24,649 bases of DNA from a virus (IMGVR_UViG_3300028025_000093:1-24649), one strand, 5' to 3'; counted from the stretch's first letter, positions 17,452 to 23,760 are shown. A program made the numbers and translations. Notes: generated by a model from the sequence alone, not told the origin.

Positions 17452-18596
17452 ATATTGCATTACTTTCCCCATCATCTAGTTATCAACATCTTGCCAAAAA
17501 ATTTATTGAGCAGGGGAATAGTGTAGAATTCTTTTTAGAACAACCAGTTAAATTAACCAAGATACCGCAATTCTTTATGGCTTCTGGAATGCCACCATGT
17601 AGAAGTAGAGATATGCATAACTTGATGGTGAACAATAGAATTCCATATTTCTTTGTTAATAATGAGTGCACTTACTATGAGAATGATAAGTTTCTTACCA
17701 AGAAAATGTTTAAGGAACTTGGCATACCAACTGCCGATGGAATATTAGTTTCTGGTGCTGAATTAAAACAAAACTTTAACACATACGTAACACCATTTGT
17801 TATAAAGATAAACTATTCTTATCTTTATGGTAGACAGACAGTTGTAGTTACTGAACACAATAAACAAGAAGTTTATACATCGTTGAGTTCTGAGGGGTTA
17901 TATAATATTAGAGATGATGCCAGTATTGTTATTGAAGAGTACGTGGAACTTCAAAGAGAATATTCATATCACGCATTGTTCAATTCAAACAACTGGCAGT
18001 TTTTTGGTGCTGCCAGAGATTACAAAAAACTTGAAGATGGCGATACAGGGTATAACTCTGTTAGTTGTGGTGCATACTCAACGCAGGATGTTGATCCAAT
18101 AGTTCACGAGTATGCCGATAAAATCTATAATTATTTTAAAGGTATACCAATACGATATCGTGGGTTTATCTTTCTTGGGGTTGGCGTGAGAAAAGATGGT
18201 GTGCCAATTATACTTGAAATTAACACTAGGGCTGGCGATCCCGAATTACAAGTTATGATTGAATGTATTGATAATAATTTAGCCAGTTTGTTTGCACAGG
18301 CAAGTAGCAACTACCGCATACCAGAAATTAAATTTAATGGTAAGCAAGCTGTTACAGTTTCTCTACTGAATAGTAACTATGATTGGACTGTTCGTGCCTA
18401 TGAATTACCAAACCTAACTAATGTCCCAGATAATATTACTTACAGCTTAGACTACCCCAGTGACTATCTTAAACATGGAGTGTTGACTTCAGTTGCAGAT
18501 ACTAGACAAAGTGCAAGTAAACAAATCTATAATTATCTCAATACCCAAAGCGTTGGGCAATATCGTTATCGAAGTGACATTGGAATATTAGAATGA
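17448..18596 (+). CDS. PurD (GAR synthetase)-like ATP-grasp ligase, divergent
   Basis: ENDKFLTK, PFVIK, IVIEEYV..REYS, RDYKKLEDGDTGYN..GAYS, LEINTRAGDPE, YRSDIG. Confidence 0.82.
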   Translation: MNIALLSPSSSYQHLAKKFIEQGNSVEFFLEQPVKLTKIPQFFMASGMPPCRSRDMHNLMVNNRIPYFFVNNECTYYENDKFLTKKMFKELGIPTADGILVSGAELKQNFNTYVTPFVIKINYSYLYGRQTVVVTEHNKQEVYTSLSSEGLYNIRDDASIVIEEYVELQREYSYHALFNSNNWQFFGAARDYKKLEDGDTGYNSVSCGAYSTQDVDPIVHEYADKIYNYFKGIPIRYRGFIFLGVGVRKDGVPIILEINTRAGDPELQVMIECIDNNLASLFAQASSNYRIPEIKFNGKQAVTVSLLNSNYDWTVRAYELPNLTNVPDNITYSLDYPSDYLKHGVLTSVADTRQSASKQIYNYLNTQSVGQYRYRSDIGILE

Positions 18597-19531
18597 TTAT
18601 AAAAACTGATAGTATATTTAAGTTTAGAGGATTTGACATTTTTGTTCGAAACAAAAAGACTGCTTACTCTAAAACTAAAATATTGTATTGTATGGGTTCA
18701 ACGTATCACACAGACGCATATTTTGATATGCCGATAAATGGGTTTAGTGCCATGGATCATTTAGCAAGATCAGGATTTGATGTGTATTGTTATGATATGT
18801 TAGGGTTGGGTCAAAGTGCCAGACCAAAAGAAGAAGATCCTGAAGTTGCAGGATTTGGAACTTTAGATGGAGTTGAACTCATTGAACAAATTTATGATTA
18901 CATATCACAAGATGGAATTGAACCTCATGTAATTGGATATAGTTGGGGAACTATTGGCACTATGGTGCTGGCAAGTCGTAGGAAGATTCCTTCACTAACT
19001 TTACTTGGTGCTAGATATCCAACAGAATCTAGCTTGGCTAGGAAATTGTCAGAAGAACAAATTGCTAGTATTTACCCATATAGTACTTTGCCTGGTTTTT
19101 ATAGAGTTGCTGATTGTAATGAAATTGAAAATGAATGGCTTGGTTCATACTCTCAAGAGCAGCGTGATAAAATAATAAACTCAAAAGTAGTTGATGAGTT
19201 TTTTAAACAAATGCTAAAAACTGAGGTCAATGATGATATACGCAATTCTGGTAAATTTAAAACACCAATTTTTCCAAAAAATGATATAAAGAATTTTATA
19301 TTTGGTAAACTAAAATTCGTAGATGCCAAAGATATAAAATGTCCGTGTCAAGTTATATGTGCGCCAGATGAAATGAAACAATCACAAGAAATATACTCTA
19401 AGTTGGTAACGGATAAAGATTATACGCTTATACCAAACAGTACCCACTGGGGACTCATAGAAAATAATAGATCTATGATGTTAAACAAAATAACCAATTT
19501 TATAAAAACCATAAAACATGACAACACTTAA
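18593..19531 (+). CDS. Alpha/beta-hydrolase fold protein
   Basis: GFDVYCYDMLGLGQSARP, GYSWG nucleophile elbow, NSTHW. Confidence 0.88.
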   Translation: MIIKTDSIFKFRGFDIFVRNKKTAYSKTKILYCMGSTYHTDAYFDMPINGFSAMDHLARSGFDVYCYDMLGLGQSARPKEEDPEVAGFGTLDGVELIEQIYDYISQDGIEPHVIGYSWGTIGTMVLASRRKIPSLTLLGARYPTESSLARKLSEEQIASIYPYSTLPGFYRVADCNEIENEWLGSYSQEQRDKIINSKVVDEFFKQMLKTEVNDDIRNSGKFKTPIFPKNDIKNFIFGKLKFVDAKDIKCPCQVICAPDEMKQSQEIYSKLVTDKDYTLIPNSTHWGLIENNRSMMLNKITNFIKTIKHDNT

Positions 19532-20084
19532 ACATGAGTGGTGGGCAACCCCAGTTTGGGAAATTGAAACTGGGTTTGACTCAACCTTTAATAATGAGTT
19601 GTTGGTAGAAATTGAGAATTGCAAACCACCAACAAATCCGTATATGTTTAACATATGGGATTATAGTACACCAAAAATAACTACGCTAAAAGAAAAGATA
19701 CTTTCTGCAGCAAAAGAAAATGTGTCACCTTATTTTGATCAGTTTTATAAGTTCAATCCTGTACTTTCTCGTGGTTGGGTTAATCGTCAGCATCCAGGAA
19801 AATCTCTTGCACTACATGATCATGGTGGTGTTTTATTGGCATGCACGTATTACATAAAAACAACAAATGATTGTGGCGATCTGCTGATGGTAGATCCACG
19901 TGGTGGTGTTAATTGGGATTTAGCTAGAGAAGGTAATGTGCTGGGAATTAAATACAAACGCATAAAACCAACTGAAGGTAAGCTAGTGATGTTCCCTGCA
20001 TTTTTACTACATATGGTAGAACTTAACAAAAGCACTAGCACTAGGATTAGTTTGGCTACCAACATTTATTCAAATGGCTCCTAA
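19518..20084 (+). CDS. Putative 2OG-Fe(II) oxygenase (TIGR02466-like)
   Basis: WVN...HDH...YY...GDL..DPR...EGKLVMFPAFLLHMV...RISLATN. Confidence 0.85.
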   Translation: MTTLKHEWWATPVWEIETGFDSTFNNELLVEIENCKPPTNPYMFNIWDYSTPKITTLKEKILSAAKENVSPYFDQFYKFNPVLSRGWVNRQHPGKSLALHDHGGVLLACTYYIKTTNDCGDLLMVDPRGGVNWDLAREGNVLGIKYKRIKPTEGKLVMFPAFLLHMVELNKSTSTRISLATNIYSNGS

Positions 20085-20087
20085 ATA
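20081..20087 (+). promoter_or_regulatory. Candidate late promoter CTAAATA
   Basis: Immediately upstream of iscU. Confidence 0.4.
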
Positions 20088-20092
20088 GAGTT

Positions 20093-20482
20093 ATGGCATA
20101 CTCAGATAAAGTAATAGATCACTACGAAAACCCACGCAATGTGGGTTCTTTCTCTAAAGAAGAGGAAGGTGTAGGAACAGGAATGGTTGGTGCACCAGCT
20201 TGTGGTGACGTAATGAAACTACAGATTAAGGTAGATGCAGATGGTATTATTAGAGATGCTCGTTTCAAGACATATGGATGCGGTTCAGCAATCGCCAGTT
20301 CGTCTCTGGTTACAGAGTTGGTTAAGGGTATGCACATTGATGCTGCTACTAACATATCTAACTCTGAGATCGCAGAAGAACTAGCCTTACCTCCAGTTAA
20401 GATTCACTGCTCAATTTTAGCAGAAGATGCAATCAAGGCAGCAGTTGCAGATTATAAAGCAAAGAATGATAACACTAACTGA
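20093..20482 (+). CDS. iscU: Fe-S cluster scaffold IscU
   Basis: MAYSDKVIDHYENPRNVG, APACGDVM, YGCGSAIAS, LPPVKIHCS. Confidence 0.97.
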   Translation: MAYSDKVIDHYENPRNVGSFSKEEEGVGTGMVGAPACGDVMKLQIKVDADGIIRDARFKTYGCGSAIASSSLVTELVKGMHIDAATNISNSEIAEELALPPVKIHCSILAEDAIKAAVADYKAKNDNTN

Positions 20483-20786
20483 GGTTGCTGCATCAAAGAT
20501 TACATCTCATCTAACCAAACGAAAAACTGGAATTGGTATTAGGTTAGGTGTTAGAACAACAGGTTGTTCTGGCTTGGCTTATATTTTAGAATTTGCAGAT
20601 AAGTTAGAAGACACAGATGTTGTGTATGAAGATCGTGGTATCAAATTGATTGTCGATCCAAAAAGTTTAGTTTATCTAACTGGAATGATAGTTGATTATA
20701 CACGAAATGGTCTGAATGAAGGATTTGAATTCAGCAACCCAAATGAACGTGACCGATGTGGTTGCGGAGAAAGTTTCAGGATATGA
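20466..20786 (+). CDS. iscA: A-type Fe-S carrier IscA
   Basis: MITLTE, GVRTTGCSGLAY, GLNEGFEF.NPN, CGCGESF. Confidence 0.95.
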   Translation: MITLTEVAASKITSHLTKRKTGIGIRLGVRTTGCSGLAYILEFADKLEDTDVVYEDRGIKLIVDPKSLVYLTGMIVDYTRNGLNEGFEFSNPNERDRCGCGESFRI

Positions 20787-21085
20787 TAACGATCACAGAA
20801 AACGCTACAGCTAAAATCGCAGACTTGTTGGCTGAACACCAAGAGTCTCATTTACGCATCTCAGTGAGGGGTGGTGGTTGCTCTGGTTTCTCGTATGCGT
20901 TTGAATTTGGCGACAAAGAAGAAGATGACTTTGAACTTGGTACAGTTCTTGTCGATGCCATGAGTATGCAGTACTTGCAAGGTGGTACTGTTGACTACAC
21001 TGATGAACTTATGGGTGCTTCATTCAAAGTTTCCAATCCAAATGCAACTAGCACTTGTGGGTGTGGCTCTAGCTTTGCAGCATAA
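20783..21085 (+). CDS. erpA: A-type Fe-S carrier, ErpA-like
   Basis: GGGCSGFSY, VDAMSMQYL, NPNATSTCGCGSSF. Confidence 0.9.
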   Translation: MITITENATAKIADLLAEHQESHLRISVRGGGCSGFSYAFEFGDKEEDDFELGTVLVDAMSMQYLQGGTVDYTDELMGASFKVSNPNATSTCGCGSSFAA

Positions 21086-21098
21086 AAGTCAAAAATAC

Positions 21099-21127
21099 TT
21101 TACTAAAACTACATACTGACGTATAAT
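21099..21127 (+). promoter_or_regulatory. Sigma70-type promoter P1 of tRNA region
   Basis: TTTACT-17 bp-TATAAT. Confidence 0.75.
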
Positions 21128-21131
21128 TAAG

Positions 21132-21138
21132 CTAAATA
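21132..21138 (+). promoter_or_regulatory. Candidate late promoter CTAAATA
   Basis: Intergenic, upstream of the tRNA leader. Confidence 0.4.
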
Positions 21139-21188
21139 GTAAGTGAACCAAATAACCCTGCGTGTTGCAAGGTTATTAAATTTAGTGC

Positions 21189-21217
21189 TTTACTTTAAAT
21201 CAAAATAGGCGTATAAT
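21189..21217 (+). promoter_or_regulatory. Sigma70-type promoter P2 of tRNA region
   Basis: TTTACT-17 bp-TATAAT; predicted +1 falls on the A of ATG 21224. Confidence 0.85.
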
Positions 21218-21223
21218 TCTTAC

Positions 21224-21343
21224 ATGAACTCGAAAATGATATCCTTAGGCAATAAGCATCTACCACTTAATAGTGGTTGGGTATGCTCACGTCCACAGTA
21301 TACATTTGCGATTGAGTCAGACAGTGAGGGTTTTGTAAAGTAA
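21224..21343 (+). CDS. Putative attenuator leader peptide (39 aa) containing all 20 amino acids
   Basis: MNSKMISLGNKHLPLNSGWVCSRPQYTFAIESDSEGFVK; stop codon lies in the antiterminator 5' arm. Confidence 0.7.
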   Translation: MNSKMISLGNKHLPLNSGWVCSRPQYTFAIESDSEGFVK

Positions 21344-21372
21344 AGTTATTTACCTTATTTTCCAAAACCCTC
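21326..21372 (+). promoter_or_regulatory. Antiterminator hairpin
   Basis: GAGGGTTTTGTAAAGTAA (21326-21343) pairs with TTATTTTCCAAAACCCTC (21355-21372), 17 of 18 positions including one G-U. Confidence 0.75.
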
Positions 21373-21399
21373 TGAGATGAAAGTCCAGAGGGTTTTTTT
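21364..21399 (+). terminator. Intrinsic terminator (attenuator) before the tRNA array
   Basis: AAAACCCTCTG...GAT-GAAA-GTC...CAGAGGG followed by 7 T. Confidence 0.9.
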
Positions 21400-21420
21400 G
21401 TTTTAGGGCATCGTCCCAAT

Positions 21421-21433
21421 TGTTCTTTAAAAA
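21421..21433 (+). promoter_or_regulatory. rrn-type boxA antitermination element
   Basis: TGTTCTTTAAAAA vs E. coli rrn boxA TGCTCTTTAACAA; preceded by a small hairpin at 21403-21419. Confidence 0.7.
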
Positions 21434-21449
21434 TTTGCGTACCAAATGT

Positions 21450-21523
21450 TCCCGAGTAGTGTAGTGGTAACACACCAGACTTTGACTCTGTTATTGTAAG
21501 TTCGATTCTTACCTCGGGTGCCA
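21450..21523 (+). tRNA. tRNA-Gln(TTG)
   Basis: Cloverleaf, loop CT-TTG-AC, TTCGA, encoded CCA. Confidence 0.92.
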
Positions 21524-21596
21524 TAGAGAAGCACATCATTAGCGTGTGGGAGGATGACCGATGCCCACTATGCGTGGTCCAGGTGTGCTTCTCTAT
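21523..21596 (+). ncRNA. Structured RNA spacer, unknown function
   Basis: 15-bp closing stem ATAGAGAAGCACATC/GGTGTGCTTCTCTAT, inner GTGGG/CCCAC stem. Confidence 0.5.
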
Positions 21597-21670
21597 GGGA
21601 GTATAACTTAGTGGTAAAGTAACTGGCTTTTAACCAGTAAACCAGAGTTCAATTCTCTGTGCTCCTACCA
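21597..21670 (+). tRNA. tRNA-Lys(TTT)
   Basis: ACTGG-CT-TTT-AA-CCAGT, CCA end. Confidence 0.93.
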
Positions 21671-21682
21671 GTTTTCTTTGGT

Positions 21683-21756
21683 GTGACTATAGTGTAATGG
21701 TAGCACCCCACACTGTGACTGTGTTAGTATGGGTTCAAATCCCATTAGTCACCCCA
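21683..21756 (+). tRNA. tRNA-His(GTG)
   Basis: Loop CT-GTG-AC, C73, CCA; no genomic G-1. Confidence 0.9.
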
Positions 21757-21767
21757 AAGAGAATTGC

Positions 21768-21843
21768 GCAACTTTAGCTGATGTGGTCATAGCGGTGGTC
21801 TGAAGAGCCATTGAAATAGGTTCGATTCCTATAGGTTGCACCA
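21768..21843 (+). tRNA. tRNA-Phe(GAA)
   Basis: GTGGT-CT-GAA-GA-GCCAT, CCA end. Confidence 0.92.
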
Positions 21844-21848
21844 AATAT

Positions 21849-21922
21849 ACCTAGGTAGCTCAATGGTAGAGCAATCGGCTGATAACCGATAGACAGAAGT
21901 TCAATTCTTCTTCTAGGTACCA
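21849..21922 (+). tRNA. tRNA-Ile(GAT)
   Basis: ATCGG-CT-GAT-AA-CCGAT, CCA end. Confidence 0.93.
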
Positions 21923-21928
21923 AGTTTC

Positions 21929-22003
21929 GCCCTTGTATCCTTAATGGTAGAGGTTCGCTCTTGTAAGGCGAGTGATGCGGTTCGATTCCGTACTGGGGCA
22001 CCA
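21929..22003 (+). tRNA. tRNA-Thr(TGT)
   Basis: TCGCT-CT-TGT-AA-GGCGA, CCA end. Confidence 0.92.
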
Positions 22004-22010
22004 AGTTTTT

Positions 22011-22084
22011 CAGGGAATAGGATAGTGGTAGTCGACGAGTCTTGGATACTCGAGGTGGGAGTTCGATTCTCCCTTCCCTGACCA
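22011..22084 (+). tRNA. tRNA-Pro(TGG)
   Basis: CGAGT-CT-TGG-AT-ACTCG, C1:G72, CCA end. Confidence 0.92.
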
Positions 22085-22090
22085 CGTTTT

Positions 22091-22165
22091 GGGGGCAGTA
22101 GTGGGCTACGGGTAACCCTTGCAAGGTTTCTGTCTAGAAGGGTTCGATTCCCTCGGCTTCCACCA
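22091..22165 (+). tRNA. Atypical tRNA-Ala(TGC)
   Basis: G3:U70, loop CT-TGC-AA, TTCGA, CCA; shrunken D arm. Confidence 0.75.
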
Positions 22166-22173
22166 AATTTTAC

Positions 22174-22248
22174 ACTGCGTTCGACTTCAGGTGAGGTCAT
22201 CACCCTTTCAAGGTGACTAGATGGGATCGTTACCCATACGCAGTACCA
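22174..22248 (+). tRNA. tRNA-Glu(TTC)
   Basis: TCACC-CT-TTC-AA-GGTGA; T-loop ATCGTTA; CCA end. Confidence 0.88.
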
Positions 22249-22253
22249 GTTAT

Positions 22254-22328
22254 GCAGGATTAATTCAGTGGTAGAATGTTTCGTTGCCAACGAAAATGTC
22301 ATCGGTTCAAATCCGATATCCTGCTCCA
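22254..22328 (+). tRNA. tRNA-Gly(GCC)
   Basis: TTTCG-TT-GCC-AA-CGAAA, U73, CCA end. Confidence 0.93.
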
Positions 22329-22336
22329 GTTAGTAT

Positions 22337-22410
22337 GCCTCGTTAGTTTAATGGTAGAACTCTGCTTTTACACAGCAGTCACGGCAGTTCGATTCTGTCA
22401 CGAGGTACCA
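22337..22410 (+). tRNA. tRNA-Val(TAC)
   Basis: CTGCT-TT-TAC-AC-AGCAG, CCA end. Confidence 0.92.
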
Positions 22411-22416
22411 AGTTAT

Positions 22417-22492
22417 GCCCGATTGGTGAAATGGATGATCATACTGTGCTACGAACGCAGAGGTAGAGGTTCAATTCCTCTATTGGGTACCA
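22417..22492 (+). tRNA. tRNA-Arg(ACG)
   Basis: CTGTG-CT-ACG-AA-CGCAG, CCA end. Confidence 0.92.
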
Positions 22493-22498
22493 AGTTAT

Positions 22499-22592
22499 GG
22501 AGAGTAATGCAGCGGGGATGGTCCTGCGACTGGCCTTGAAAACCAGGTTCTGCTTAATCGCGGATGGGGTTCGACTCCTCTGCTCTCCGCCA
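22499..22592 (+). tRNA. tRNA-Ser(TGA), probable 8/4 fold
   Basis: Loop CT-TGA-AA, long variable arm, G73; acceptor GGAGAGTA/TGCTCTCC, T-stem GGGG/CCTC. Confidence 0.88.
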
Positions 22593-22628
22593 ATAACCCT
22601 GTAATTGTAAGGGGATTACAAATATCCC

Positions 22629-22657
22629 TTTACTTTTATAGATGATTGATGTATAAT
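22629..22657 (+). promoter_or_regulatory. Sigma70-type promoter
   Basis: TTTACT-17 bp-TATAAT; AAAGGAG RBS downstream. Confidence 0.85.
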
Positions 22658-22687
22658 AGTGTCTTGATGTTATGAAAGGAGTTGTAT

Positions 22688-23251
22688 ATGCCAAGTGTAT
22701 TTTTAGTAAGCGATACGCACTTTGGTCACGCTGGCGTATGCAGGTTCACGCATGGTGACACTGATGTGAAGATTCGCCCATGGACTGATCCAGATGAGAT
22801 GGATGAAGCAATGGTAAAGATGTGGAACGAAACTGTAAAGCCAACTGATAAAGTTTATCATCTTGGTGACGTAGTTATCAATCGTAAAGCATTGGGAATC
22901 ATGCGTAGGTTAAATGGTGATAAAGTTTTGATTCGTGGTAACCATGACATCTTTCGAGATGATGAGTACCGTGAACATTTTCGTGAGTTACGTGCATACC
23001 ACGTAATGAACGGGATGATCTTAAGCCACATACCGATTCATGAAGAAAGTTTAGGTAGGTTTGGTACTAACATTCATGGGCACTTACACACAAATCGTGT
23101 AATGAAAAATGGTGTTGTTGATCCACGCTACCACTGCGTCTGCGTTGAACAAACAGACTTCAGACCCATCTTGTTTGAAGACGTGATTCAAAGAATCAAA
23201 GACGAAGGTGGTAGCGTGGGTTTCAAGAATGGTAATGGACCTACTATGTAA
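22688..23251 (+). CDS. Calcineurin-like metallophosphoesterase
   Basis: SDTHFGH, HLGDV, GNHD, LSHIP, HGHLH motifs. Confidence 0.92.
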   Translation: MPSVFLVSDTHFGHAGVCRFTHGDTDVKIRPWTDPDEMDEAMVKMWNETVKPTDKVYHLGDVVINRKALGIMRRLNGDKVLIRGNHDIFRDDEYREHFRELRAYHVMNGMILSHIPIHEESLGRFGTNIHGHLHTNRVMKNGVVDPRYHCVCVEQTDFRPILFEDVIQRIKDEGGSVGFKNGNGPTM

Positions 23252-23321
23252 TTCGTTGCAACTGATCTCAGGGAGTCGTCGTTAGCCTGAGTGAGAATGA
23301 CAAAAATCGTGGCCAAATTTT

Positions 23322-23411
23322 GGAGAGTGGGCAGGATGGTAATGCAGCAGATTGCTAATCTGTAGACTACAGTAATGTGGTCACAGGGTTCGACTCCCTG
23401 ACTCTCCGCCA
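23322..23411 (+). tRNA. tRNA-Ser(GCT)
   Basis: GCAGA-TT-GCT-AA-TCTGT, long variable arm, G73, CCA. Confidence 0.93.
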
Positions 23412-23420
23412 GTGTTAGTT

Positions 23421-23504
23421 GCGAGTGTGGTGGAATGGTATACACGACGGACTTAAAATCCGTCGCCTTAGGGATTGAGAGTTCGAGTCTCTCCACTCGC
23501 ACCA
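23421..23504 (+). tRNA. tRNA-Leu(TAA)
   Basis: ACGGA-CT-TAA-AA-TCCGT, variable arm, CCA. Confidence 0.94.
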
Positions 23505-23510
23505 GTTTTT

Positions 23511-23585
23511 GCGGCGATCGTATAACGGATAATACAGTAGGCTTCTACCCTACGAATGAGGGTTCGATTCCTTCTTGCCGCACCA
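23511..23585 (+). tRNA. tRNA-Arg(TCT)
   Basis: GTAGG-CT-TCT-AC-CCTAC, CCA. Confidence 0.92.
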
Positions 23586-23591
23586 GTTGTT

Positions 23592-23666
23592 GGGCTGATA
23601 GCTTAATGGTAAAGCGTTCGACTCATAATCGATTGAGTGAGAGTTCAATTCTCTCTCAGCCCACCA
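23592..23666 (+). tRNA. tRNA(CAT), probably Ile2 (lysidine-type)
   Basis: CGACTCATAATCG anticodon arm as in E. coli ileX; paired G1:C72; elongator Met not excluded. Confidence 0.8.
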
Positions 23667-23673
23667 AGTTTGT

Positions 23674-23751
23674 GTACGAGTGGCAGAGTGGTCAATTGCA
23701 ACGGATTGCAAATCCGTAAAGTCGTGAGTTCAAATCTCACCTCGTACTCCA
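23674..23751 (+). tRNA. tRNA-Cys(GCA)
   Basis: ACGGA-TT-GCA-AA-TCCGT, U73, CCA. Confidence 0.93.
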
Positions 23752-23760
23752 AAATAATGC

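Noticed and set aside
17448-18596. Calling it bona fide purD
   Set aside because: Substrate-binding motifs are missing or altered and no other pur genes are present
832-20355. Minus-strand and alternate-frame ORFs nested in larger genes
   Set aside because: They fully overlap well-supported + strand genes and lack motifs
21224-21399. T-box riboswitch explanation for the tRNA leader
   Set aside because: No TGGNACC T-box bulge or stem I motifs; an ORF-coupled attenuator fits better
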